Source: Malacoraja senta
Taxonomy: Eukaryota
Assembly: GCA_038087875.1 (NCBI GenBank)
Contig: CM075989.1
Span: forward strand, 16,244,001-16,308,000
Direction: 5' to 3'
Length of the DNA stretch: 64,000 bases
The notes below the pieces were generated by a model. It had not been told where the DNA came from. It saw nothing but the letters and a program-made list of their open reading frames with translations, and ran no database searches. Position numbers and translations under genes: made by a program. Shown piece by piece: positions 38,354-50,209 of the stretch. Numbering within the stretch: the first letter of the stretch is position 1; the number at the start of each line of letters is the position of its first letter.

Positions 38354-39213
38354 CTTTGTAATTAGAACAAGAAAAGTTAGATACTGAATACTAATAGGAT
38401 CATTAAAATTACAATATTTTCTAAAATTGGCCTGAATTTTAATCATAAGTTACTATAAAAACAGTTCAGGATGTCGATGATAAGACAACGTAGTACAGAG
38501 TACAAAACGACAAAAAATTCCTATGGCATTGCTTGGGGTCAGTACCAGTGAAGTTGGAACAGACAGCGGAAAACAATTTGCAAAGCTATCACCTATGATT
38601 CAGAATCAAAACTATAATCTGACAGATGACATTCCCAAACTTAATTGTAATATACAGTGGAAATTGTTGTCTTAAAGCTATAAATAATAATTGTAACAGT
38701 TTTAAGAGAACATTTAGTCATGCTTTCCTCTAGAAAACAAACTATCACTGATATTTAATTTTGGATAGTGGGCTCTGTGGGCTGCACGTGTGTGAATTCT
38801 GTAAAATATGCATATCATTTGGTGCAAAAATTATCAATTCATCCTAATCCAAAACCTTAAAATGCAACAGGATTCTATAAATTCAACGCCATATAAATCT
38901 CAACCTATAAAACTATACCATCCTTGTCAAATCTCCTTTCAGCAGGTGTTGGAGATAACTAAACTCAAATTACAAACCCTAAGACAAAATTGCCCATGGC
39001 CAGATTATTAGTTCTTTGGACCCAGTTGAAGTTGAAAAGCTGAAGTACTTGCAAGAGGTATGCAGATTAAAAAAAATTATCGAAATAAGTACTAGACTAA
39101 TGATCTCTGGAGGCATCTATCATCACATAACTGGCCTCAAAGGAGTACGGTTAAAAAGGAAGAAAAAGCAGTCAGGATTGTTGTTTCTGATTTAACCCAC
39201 AATTCCAATTTAA

Positions 39214-39536
39214 TGGCCCTGTCCCACTGTACGAGTTCATTCAAGTGCTCTCCCGAGTTAAAAAAAAAAAAAAATCAAACTCGTGGTAAGCACTTAGAAT
39301 GAACGTAGCGGGTATGTCGGAGCTCGAGGACGTCTCTTAGCGGCTCGTAACGCTAATGGCAGGTACTCGGGAAACGCGGTAAGCTCAGGAAGACTCGTGA
39401 AGATTTTTCAACATGTTGAAAAATGTCCACGAGAGCCCCGAGTACCAACGAGCGGCCATTACCATAAATCTCCGAGTTCGAATCAGGGCAAACTCGGGAG
39501 AACTCTTTGATGAATTCGTACAATGGGACAGGGTTT
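39214..39536. mobile_element. PIF/Harbinger-type MITE
   Basis: TAA|tggccctgtcccactgtacgagttcat ... atgaattcgtacaatgggacagggttt|TAA. Confidence 0.82.
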
Positions 39537-39613
39537 TAATGTTTATGCTTTGACAAGGTCAGGCTTGAGTATGACATTTCTGTGTTCAATGAAACGGGCA
39601 TTTTTATTGATTA

Positions 39614-40203
39614 CTAGACCAAGTGCAGACCCGTTGGGTCTGGTCCCCGAAAGTGCTTGACACCCCGGGGTGTTGTTCCCGAACGTGCTTCAGACCCCGG
39701 GGTGAAAATGTGCTGAAAAAAAGATGGTGACGTTTTTTGAGAAAATGGGAGAAAATCAAATTGGGGTTGGTGGGGGGATGGATGACACCCCGGGGTGTTG
39801 TTCCCGAACGTGCTTCAGACCCCAGGGTGAAAATGTGCTGAAAAAAAGATGGCGTCGTTTTTGGAAAAAATCGGAGAAAATCGGCGAAAAAAAGATGGCG
39901 TCGTTTTCGGAGAAAAAAAGATGGCGTCGTTTTCGGAGAAAATCGGAGACAATCGGAGAAAATCACATTGGGGTTGGGGGGGGGATGGATTTTATTAAAA
40001 AACGTGTACATAAACAGGACCGAATTTAATCAGGAGTGGCTATTCGTAAAGATAAATGTCATCTCTTTGGAAATGGCGAAAAACGTGGGCCTTTCCGCGC
40101 GCCGTGTGGGCCAGGGGCCGTATCAAAGGCCGCGCGGCAAAGTCAAGCAGGCCGTCGGACGTACAGACGGACGACAGCCAGAGAGTTTTATATAATAGAT
40201 AGA
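39614..40203 (-). mobile_element. Non-autonomous Helitron
   Basis: Minus strand: A|TCtatctattatataaaa 5' end; 3' hairpin agaccc-aac-gggtct (39627-39641) 13 nt from the CTAG|T end; no TSD; internal tandem repeats. Confidence 0.85.
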
Positions 40204-40402
40204 TGTTTAGATATGAAAAATTACACCAGAGTAAGATTCAAGAATTTAATTAATATCAATCAATGGTGATAAAGGTTTTAAAAGTCAGGAAATTCCTAAA
40301 AATGCAAAATGATTAAATGAGGAAGTCAACAGGAACAAATAGATGGGATGTTCAAAGGACCTTCTTTTCACAAATCTAAATCACCAGCCACCATGCATTT
40401 AC

Positions 40403-40518
40403 CTGCTGCTGGCCTTTCCACTAGTCGAAAACTTTTTATCACTACTATTTCTGCTTGAACTCATCTTCCCAGACCCATCTTTTGTTGTGGACTCTTTTTT
40501 AAAGGGATCATTTTTAAC
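40403..40518 (-). CDS. SLTM: SLTM exon 11
   Basis: 116 nt, phase 0/2; VKNDPFKKESTTKDGSGKMSSSRNSSDKKFSTSGKASS. Confidence 0.92.
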
Positions 40519-41474
40519 CTGAGTGGACAAATGAAAAATTGAATGTTAGAAAGGGATCAAAATTGAACCACTTCAGACATACTGACAGGTAAGTTTCTAC
40601 AATTTTAAAATTAGACAAAATCCATAATTGTAGAACTGTTTCCCAAGAAAAGTGAAAACATGAAATAGCACACAAAACACAGCCTCCTGGATCAGAACAT
40701 CCATTTACTCATTTTGAACATCAGCCATTCTTGCCTTGAGAACTAACAGCACAAATAACGCTTCATCTATAAATATAGTGAAGAATCTGTGCCTTCGTGC
40801 GCTACTTTTAATAATTCTCCATTGTGATTTTTTTAATACTCCCATTTTTAATAGTAATTTCCTACAGCAAGAAAACTCTCCCCTAAGCAGGTATTGGACT
40901 AACACCACCATAGTAGTAATATATGAAGTGTAAGTTTATATATACACATAAATGTAAACATATGGAAATAAGGCAAAAGGACTAATTTACAACTGCAAAT
41001 AAGGACTGAATTATATGCACAAATACAGAATCATAGAATTGTTTGCACAGATAGAATGCACTGACTTTATTTCCACTGTCACCACAGAGAAGAAACTTCA
41101 TATATCTACCATTCATTGCTGTAAAAGAAAACCCTCATATCTCCATTGTAAATCTATGGCCCAGAATTAGAGAGCAACAACCTACTCATCCAATCTAAAT
41201 CCATCTTAATCTTGTCCACCCCTAGTGCTGCTTTTTACTTAGCTTCATCTGGATACAGTCCTAAATCTTTGAAAATTAACTAATGTACAGAAAAGTACAA
41301 CAATCCCTGTATATATTAAAATTGAAGTAAAGCACATCAAAACAGTGTTGAATTTATGGTTTGTAATTATGCGATGCTAATATGTTGGATAAACATACTG
41401 TATATACAGAAATGCTGATAATATAAATGGCTATGAGAATTTAAAATAATGAAAAGTAGAAGTGATCCACTATA

Positions 41475-42137
41475 CAGAGCTGCCAAGTTTTGTCAGAGCA
41501 TTTCAGTATTCTAGTACCTGAAAATCAGTATTTTGCTGGGGAAATCAGTATTTTTACGCGGTGCCATTTTGCTTAAAAAAAGGGTTATTTTTTCATGTGC
41601 TGTCATACAGAGTACAAGAATGCATAACTTTGCTACCAATTGACTAGTGTTCTACGCACCTTACATGACAGTGCATTCATTACCATCTCTTTGTATACCG
41701 CTGTTTGAACGGCTACTTCCTGCTTTTAGCACCAGATGATGATGTAGAAGCCATTTTGGAAGCCTCCCTCTCGGCAATAGCGCTATGTGTAAAGCCCATA
41801 GCGCTATGTGTAAAGGCAATAGCGCTCCAGCTGGGAGCGCTATTTTTAGAACCCATAGCGTTTAAATTTCCCATGCGTTAAACTGACAGAACTGTTTAAA
41901 CCTGGAGCGGGACAGGCAGATCAAAGCTTACAAAAATAATTATCCAGATCTTCAAATTTAAAATAGATTTAATCTGCTATAATTTTTAAAGTTACAGTAT
42001 AACTTTTTATATCCATGCATTTTTTAAGCAGCAAGATGAAACAGGAAGTCGGGCTGATATTTTAAAAATCCGTATTTTACAAAGCAAATCCGTACATCCG
42101 TATTCTGATCGCATTTCCGTACTACTTGGCAGCTCTG
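41475..42137. mobile_element. Non-autonomous TIR element (hAT-like ends) with 6-bp TSD
   Basis: Perfect 14-bp TIR cagagctgccaagt; actata at 41469-41474 and 42138-42143. Confidence 0.85.
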
Positions 42138-43321
42138 ACTATATCGATTAAAATTAAAGAGTGATTTCTCAATATTTCTCAAGTATTTTACATTAATACT
42201 AGAAGTTCAAAGATTCAGTCCATTCTTCACAACTGTCTCGCTACTTGCGTTTTTGCCACTGAAGGAAAATGCAACAATTCAGTGGAAGATTTAACACATT
42301 GAAGATAAAATACAGTTGTTTATTCTCTCTATTTCTTGTCCATGTAAAAATAGTTATTTGTGTATGGGATTTTTCTTCCCTTACCCAAAATTGTACTATT
42401 GCTTTTACATTTTTATAACATAAATTGAGTAATACTAATCATTCCTTCTGCTTAGTAATATTTGCACTGAAGAAAAACTGTACCTTTAGAATGAGGTCCA
42501 TCTTCAGTAGTCCTAGATTCTTTTCTGTACTGACAGATTATAATTTTAAGGTGCAACTTTTGAATAGGAATATTTTGTTGCTTTAAATGCAGACTTGCCC
42601 AAGTGAGCCTCAACTAAGAGTGCTAACAAACAGTCCAATTGTAAGAGCTAGAGTTAGCAGGGAAGTATATGGAAAGGATGGATGGAATTGGTGCATCACA
42701 TGAACTTAATTTAGTCTTCATGCAAAAGTCATACAGACTGTCCTCATTACTTCATTTTTCTCAGTGACAAAGGCATCTAATAATGAAATAATTAAAAGCT
42801 ATTCTGACAGAATCATGTTCTGTATGATAAAGCTTGAAAACCTGTGTGCATGGAGCCAATGCAATTGAATTTAAATAATCTTTGAGCTTGGCATCAAAAA
42901 TAACACCATGCTGCACATTTAAACAATAAATCTTTTTTAAAAAGTGGGGGAAAAGGGATGGGAATAATCAAGCGCTTTTGAGATGGTTAACAGAATATGA
43001 TCATGATTAACTCTCTCAAGTAAACCATATTTCAAATATTCCAGTAGCTGTGTGAATGTAATCAATGTTTATAAATCTAGACACTTGCATGGATTTACAT
43101 GGCCTAATCTGCATCATTGTAAATTATACCTCTTCGGTGGCCCAGCAACTAATACTTTACTAACAGAACTGTATCTCCTTATTTCTTTAATACTTGTATG
43201 ATTACTACCTGGTCGTACACCAATCATGGTTTAAAGGGAAAAAAAAAACCCAAAGTGGTCTGTATTTTCCTAATTGTTCATTGTGGATTAGTTAGCAATT
43301 TCCCATGTAACTGTTAGAAAG

Positions 43322-44950
43322 TTCAGTTTAGTTCATTGTCACGTGTAGAGGTACAGTGAAAAACTTTGTTGCATGCTAACCAGTCAGCAGAAATACAATG
43401 CATGATTAAATAGGGCCATTTACAGTGTATAGATACATAAGGGAATAACGTTTAGTGCAAGGTAAACCCAGTAAAGTCCAATCAAAGATGGTCCAAGGAT
43501 CACCAATGAGGTAGATAGTAGTCAGGACTGCTTTCTAGTTGGGGTAGGATGATTCATTTCCCTGATAACAGCTGGGAAGAAACTGTCCCTGAATCTGGAG
43601 ATGTGCGTTTTCACACTTTTGCCTGATGGGAGAGGAGAGAAGAGGGAGTGGTCAGGGTGCGACTCGTCCTTGATTATGTTGCTGGCCTTGCCGAAGCAGC
43701 GCGAGGTATAAATGGAGTCAATGGAAGGGAGGTTGGTTTGTGTGATCGTCTGGGCTGCGTCCACAATTCGCTGCAATTTCTTGCGGCCTTGGATGGAGCT
43801 GTTCCCACACCAAGTTGTGATGCATCCTGATAAAATGCTTTCTGCAACGCATCGGTAGAAGTAGAGGCGTTGGTGTGCTTTCTTTGTCATTGTTTCAATA
43901 TGGGTGGTCCAGGTTGTTGGCGATATTGACTCCTAGGAATTAGAGTTTTTCCAACCTATTTTGTCTCTAATTCGGTGCCATCAATACAAACTGGGGTATG
44001 TGTACCACTTCATTTCCTGAAGTTGATCACTATCTCCTTTGCCTTGCTGACATTGAGAGAAAGATTGTTGTCTCGACGCCAGGTTCTCAATCTCCTTCCT
44101 GCATTCCGTCTCATCACTATTTAATATCTGGCCCACAATGGTGGTGTTGTCTGTAAATTTGAAAAACTGAATTAGATTTGTGCATGGCTGCACTGTCGTG
44201 GGTGTACATGGAGTAAAGGAGGCTGAGAATGCATCCTTGCAGAGCACCAATGTTGAGAATTATCGGACGATAATGATAGAGGATGATTTGTCCACTATCC
44301 TTAGTGATTGCGGTCTGTTGGTCAGGAAGTCGAGGATCCAGTTGCAGAGTGCTGACTCCAAGTCCCGAGAGTTTGGTGATAAACCTGGATGGTGTAACGG
44401 TGTTAAAGACCGCACTGTAGCCTATGAATAGGAGTCCGACGTAGGTGTCCCTCTTACCGGGTGTTCCAGGGATGAGTTGAGGGCTGGGGGGGTGGCATTG
44501 TCCGTGGACCTGTTTGGCGGTCGGCGAACTGCAGTGGGTCAAGGCTGCATGGATTTAATGCATTCCATAACTAGCCTCTCAAAACATTTCATGATGGTGG
44601 TTGTCAAGGCCACTGGACAGTAGTCATTTAGGCATGAGATCTTGCTTTTCTTCTTCTCACCGGGATGATGGTGGTCTTCTTGAAGCAGGTGGGCACCTCC
44701 GAACGGAGTACGGAAAGATGAAAGATGTCCACAGTACTCCCACTAGCTGGTCCATGGAGCAACTGAGGACACGGCCAGGAACTTCGCCTGAGCCAATTGC
44801 TTTTCGTGGGTTTACCTTCAGGAAGGCCAATTTAAACTCTGCAACAGTCACCCTGGGGAGAGGCACACTTGGGTATGAAGGGTCAGGTGTCACTGCTCAG
44901 TAAGCCTTATGCTTAAAGAGAGCATAGAAAGCATTCCGTTCATCAGGTAA
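43322..44950 (-). mobile_element. Rex/L2-type LINE, RT through tail
   Basis: VNPRKAIGSGEVPGRVL, GALQGCILS, FKFTDNTTIVG, KKAHQRLYF, RFRDSFFPAVIR; frameshifted. Confidence 0.88.
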
Positions 44951-45523
44951 GAAAAAAATTTAAAAAGTTGCCACCTCCCGTGACTGTTCTGGGCTCCCTG
45001 ATAGTTGGAATGATAATGTTAAGGACCTATGTTCCAACCCAAACTCGTGGGAATCCAGCAGCATATTATCAGCTTCCTTTTATTTTTCATCAATCACTAT
45101 GAGAAATTCTTCCATATAGATTCACATACTCTATTCATTTTTACATTATAATTCATTTGAATTACTGTTCCTCTGGCCATGGTTTGGTACATTAACACTC
45201 CCCACCAGTCTTTGTAAACTTTTCCCACTCTTCTCCATTGGCTCATCAGCTGTATTATTTACTGTAGTTTGTGCCGAATGCAAATATTTTCCAATTATCA
45301 CTATTTTGCAACAGATCATCATAATAGGGAGAATTGAAAGTTAGAACATTGGAGTCAAGCTTTATAGTGGAAGGGATAACAGATATATTTTAAACACATC
45401 TGTGTATATTAATACAGATATTTAGTGGGTTTTTTAGAAAGGTGTATGCTTCTTTTATTTCTGGGTTTTAGAAATGCGAATCATGGTTAAGTCGAAGGCA
45501 AAAAACATTTTTTGAATAATTAC

Positions 45524-45673
45524 TTTCTCAACAGAAACCTGCTGTCCATCCAGCTCTGTGCGATGAAGGTGAGATATACACCTAGTCACTTCTGCACTCG
45601 AAGACATGGTTACAAATCCATAACACCGAGCACCAGGACTCCGTGCATTGGTTACTACTTTGGCACTCAGAAC
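45524..45673 (-). CDS. SLTM: SLTM exon 10 (RRM, RNP1)
   Basis: 150 nt, phase 0/0; [50 protein letters not shown]. Confidence 0.97.
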
Positions 45674-45772
45674 CTATAACAAAATGTAAAAAAACATCAC
45701 TAATTATGATCACTTCAAAATAAAGTTACTTACTATAAAGTAATTTACTCTTCACAAAAAAAAAGTACACAC

Positions 45773-45903
45773 CTTGCCATATTTACTGAACACATTTTTT
45801 AGATCAGCTGCTTTGGTATTGGAGGACAAGCCACTGATCCACAGGTTCTTGGATGAACTGCTACTGCTGCCACTGCTGGTCCCGGTACTGCTATTACCAC
45901 CTC
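45773..45903 (-). CDS. SLTM: SLTM exon 9 (RRM, RNP2)
   Basis: 131 nt, phase 1/0; [26 protein letters not shown]. Confidence 0.96.
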
Positions 45904-46335
45904 CTATGATATGGACCAAAAATAAAATCACTACCTTGATATTCAATTATGAGTATATTCAAAGTACAACTGAAATAAACTTTTTTTTTTGTATCTATAA
46001 ACTGCAGATCATAGTCATCTGATCCACAATGTGCTATCTGACCCACAATGACTCCCAGAGAAGCAACATCAGTATCAGAGATCTCATTCTCATCTTCAAA
46101 TTCCAACAGACTTTACACCTTCCCATCACTAATCTGAAGCAGTTCCAAATCTCCATATCTCTTCCTAAAATGCTGGCATTCTTTATGACATGGCCGTTTT
46201 TTTCCAACTACCTACACCCTTGGCTCCAAAGGTTTCTTTCTCACATACTCAGCCTTCAATGGATTTCCAAATGTCGCATAGATTAACATGTACATTTGCA
46301 ATATATTTAAGACTGATGGGTTAATCTGGTCTCAC

Positions 46336-46379
46336 CTTTTTCATCTTTAGTAGTCTTATCTTTCGAATCCTTACTTGAA
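46336..46379 (-). CDS. SLTM: SLTM exon 8
   Basis: 44 nt, phase 2/1; SSKDSKDKTTKDEK; donor AAG|gtgaga. Confidence 0.9.
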
Positions 46380-47044
46380 CTATGAACACAAAACAATGTT
46401 AGAATAAAGGAAACACTGATTCAAATAAAGGTTGAGCTAATTGTTCAAAGCAGCACCTAAAGTATTCATTAGCACAAAATAACACCATGTCCCCAAAAAG
46501 CACCAAAACTAAAAGTGCAGACATTATAAAACTATGAAGAATCTTTAGTCATAAACGTACCAAGCCAACAAAACCTATATTTGAACAGAATGGTCCCAAA
46601 ATCGACTCTTGCATTGACTTTCCAAAGCTGAATGAAGATCTAGATTTGTGCAAATTCTATTCAGTGAGCAAATCATAATCTTCTCCAGTAATCAGGAGTG
46701 GTGGATATGATTCCATTGCAAGAATTCTCCTTACTTGATTGTAAAATTCTCACACAAATGTGCCGATTGTTCAGGATCAACTCAAGACTTTCAAAACAAA
46801 ACTTGTAAAATTTCAATAAAAACAAAAAACCTGACCAAAAAACCTAACTATGAGTAGAGAATAAAAATAAGATACCAAAAAAAAAGTCAGTCTTGCATCG
46901 TCTTTGGAAAAAAAACATGTAATGTCTTTTAAAATGAACTGCAATATACTGTTAGGTCTCAGGTTAAGAACCATGATTACTCGCAAATGCATACTGATCT
47001 GACTGTTCGTACTCAGTATCATAAATTGACATAGAAAAACAAAC

Positions 47045-47513
47045 CTCTTTGCTTGACCGGATGCCCCAGATGAGGGGCCTTTCTTTGAAGAATCTTTCTC
47101 TTTCTCTCCAGCTTCAGCTTTTCTGGACCCTTCTCTGGTCTCCTTCTTCGCTGACTCTGCTTTAGATCCCTCCTCCTTTCTTCCTTCCTTATGGATTTTT
47201 TCTTTCTTTCCCTCAATTTTGACTTCTCCCTTCATATCGTCCTGGGACTGGGAATCCTTTTCAGCAACGGTTTTATTCTCACATTTTGGAATTTTCATTG
47301 TTTTACCTGTTTCCAAGAGATCATCACCATCGAAGTCTAATGTGATGGCATCTTCTGCTTGGATTGTGACTGATATATTGTCATCATCCACTTCTTTCAA
47401 AGATGCATTAGGTTCAGTTTCATCTTGAATTGTTTGCTGAGCCTCTGCAAGGCCTTGTTCTGAAGGTAGAAATTTAGACACTTCACGAGAACCGTCATCT
47501 ATATCATCTACAT
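47045..47513 (-). CDS. SLTM: SLTM exon 7
   Basis: 469 nt, phase 1/2; contains DDNISVTIQAEDAITLDFDGDDLLETGK, diagnostic of SLTM. Confidence 0.96.
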
Positions 47514-48846
47514 CTGAGGGATTTAACAGGAATAAACATGGCAAAGTACAGGTTTAAATGTCAAAATGTTACCTAGTAGGTGACCTTATCATTGATATTA
47601 AAAAAATACAATTTACCTAAAATGTGAAGGTTAGAAAACTACAAGGTGCATGTAAATCTGAATTCTTCAGTGACAAAGTGCAAACCTTTAATACAAAGTT
47701 TTCCATGGTAATACAAATATCCTTAGGAGATGCTCTTTGGTGCATGAATCCCATTTGCAATCCTTTCCACGTGATGCAATCTGTCTTTATCCAGCCACGA
47801 TGAGTTTCTGTTTGGATTCATTACTTCAGGAAAGTGCAAATGTCCACCATGATCTTCGATTTGACAATCATATTTCTGGCAAAATTTGTTGGATGAAATG
47901 TTCCATGCAAGCCATGCTGTCCACTCTAGTCATCCAGATTCTGAAGGACATCAACCATCTTCAAAATAATTCCACACTGTATACCACATCTCATAGAATT
48001 CATCTGTCCGTCTTCTTATCACTCGTTATGGAGAATGGATGTCAAAACGCTCAGGACGAAAGTCTTCGGCAAAATCAACATCTTTTTTCATATCCCATCT
48101 AAATGACACATCAGTGACAGTCTTCAACAGTTTTTCCCCAAAAAAAGGTCGCATCCATATTCTGTCGAGTCCTTCAGATTTCCAAAGCAGATCAATGTTC
48201 ATAGGTTTGCCTCAATTTATTTTGGTTAATTGGACAAACTATGTTTACTATAAAAATCAGAATCTCTACTCTTCAGATTCTAGCGTACCAATTCTAGTAG
48301 TGCAAGTAAAATAAATGCATATCACAATCAGTAGAAAGAACCATGCAGTTTCTCAAGTGAAAACATAAAATTCCAGAGAATTAAGGACAATTTGATGAAA
48401 TAAAATTGTTTCTTGAGAAGAAATGCTCCAACATCAAGGGAAAGAAAACAAATATCCTGGTGTTATCCCAACTGTTGAATATTAATAATGACGGTTGTCA
48501 AAATCACTATGGGAAGAGAATGCACTGGGTTTTATTGGAGTAAGATTAACAGATGAAATTGAGTGTCATGATGGAAAAAATGGATATCAATGTATCTCAG
48601 TTTGTGTTGTGCAGATTCATACATGCACTACAGTAACTGGTAAGTCTAGCTTTGCACCTTTTTACAAGTCACATTTGGATATTTTTTTTAATATAACTTC
48701 CACAAAATAGTAGATCATGAATTAATTTTTATACAAGTTCCAGTGCCTTGTAATGGCTTTCCAACCTTCATCTACTGATCAGACAGTACAAAGTAAATTA
48801 AAGGGAATATACAAACTTTGCAAAGGGTGTGTCGACCATAACATAC

Positions 48847-48874
48847 CTTTTTCATTCTCATCCTCTTCAGCTTC
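48847..48874 (-). CDS. SLTM: SLTM exon 6 (28-nt microexon)
   Basis: tttcag|GAA...AAG|gtatgt; EAEEDENEK; supplies the phase 0 to phase 1 switch needed for exon 7. Confidence 0.88.
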
Positions 48875-49001
48875 CTGAAATATCAGTTTAAGGCATTTTT
48901 TAAAAAAACATGAAATTGCTGAATGTGTCAAATTTTCATTCTTAGAAACAATATATAAGGATTTGAGCATTGGAAAAATATATCTTATCAACAGTGTAGA
49001 T

Positions 49002-49427
49002 CAGAGGTCGGCAACCTTCGGCCCCCGGGCCGAATGTGGCCCGTAACCCGAAATCATCCGGCCCGCGGGCGGATTTTTTTCCAGGCCTGCCAAGCGCGGC
49101 CGAGCTCTAGCTGTACCGCATCCTGCGCAAAGCCGCTGGCACAGACCGCACCTTCTGTGAACACGGTTAAGAAAGAACCGCAGATGCTGGAAAAATCGAA
49201 GGTAGACAGAAATGCTGGAGAAACTCAGCGGGTGAGACATGCAAGGATTGCATGAGGCTGCCTCACCCGCTGAGTTTCTCCAGCATTCTTGTCTACCTTC
49301 TGTGAACACGTGATTTGATGCCTGCCATCCGTGGCAGGATCCATGTGTACACGTGATAGATGTGGCCCGCCATCCGCTCACAGACATGCGTTCTGGCCCC
49401 TATGCAGAACAAGGTTGCCGACCCCTG
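49002..49427. mobile_element. hAT/Charlie-type MITE
   Basis: TIR cagaggtcggcaacct / aggttgccgacccctg; 8-bp TSD gtgtagat/gtctagat; subterminal ggccc motifs. Confidence 0.88.
49166..49300. mobile_element. Fold-back Penelope terminus inserted in the hAT MITE
   Basis: 39-bp inverted arms 49198-49236 and 49262-49300; flanking direct repeat accttctgtgaacacg. Confidence 0.8.
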
Positions 49428-50209
49428 GTCTAGATGGACACATGAAGAATAAACATTTACAGATCTACCAGTGCATGTTCAGTGGTCATTAAATTATATC
49501 CCAAGCACAGACAGCAATATTACTCAGAATCAGATGTGTTTGAACCAAAAGTATTTCTACAGCCATCAATAAGTACAAATTTTGCTAGCTTGCAAGGAGC
49601 TCTTTCAATTGCATATATTAACATTTTAAAGTGGAGTATGTAGTGTCCAAAACAGCTACCTTGTAATTTTTCAACAAATGACAGAAAGTCCAAAGCTGGT
49701 AATAACTGAAAATGGCAGTAAACAATGTGTAAAGTTGCATGCTAGAAGTAATTAAGATTCAAACATCAAAAATACCAGGGTAATTAAAAATGTGTTTACT
49801 TCAATAAACAAAATCATGAGAAATTTACAATAAGACAATTCTATTGGCCATTACAAAAATATTATACAAAATACTGTAAACGATTAACAAAGTATCAAGT
49901 CCCCTCCTTTGAATCAACAAGACTATCCAGTGAATAACTGTCGAGGGTTACTCTCTCTCTCTCTTTTTTCCCAGGGCACGCAGGTGATATTCCCGACCCC
50001 TGGACTAAATCAAACCCTTGATCCTGTCCCGCCGTCCTTTTCACAAAATTTAGCGACTTAAATTGGGGATGCGTCTTCGACGCTGGTGTGTCTTCATTGC
50101 CGGGAAATATGGTAGTTAATAACTGCTAGTGCAACAGCCATGGAAGAAACTCCCAAGATTTCCATTCTTGATTGCTATTCGAAGTGTTTGGTCATCAGGC
50201 CGAACATTT

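Noticed and set aside
39604-40029. ORFs of 135 and 101 aa; repeats superficially CRISPR-like
   Set aside because: Products of Helitron internal tandem repeats; no unique spacers or cas genes; eukaryotic DNA.
40715-40768. Another possible stop-containing exon in SLTM intron 10
   Set aside because: Weak donor (TGA|gtaaat) and ambiguous acceptor; insufficient support.
45894-46106. Acidic ORF MEFEDENEISDTD
   Set aside because: Antisense reading of an old LINE fragment; exons 8 and 9 join in frame without it.
47573-47580. Donor TAG|gtaaca as the end of the candidate poison exon
   Set aside because: It would leave only a 59-nt intron before exon 7.
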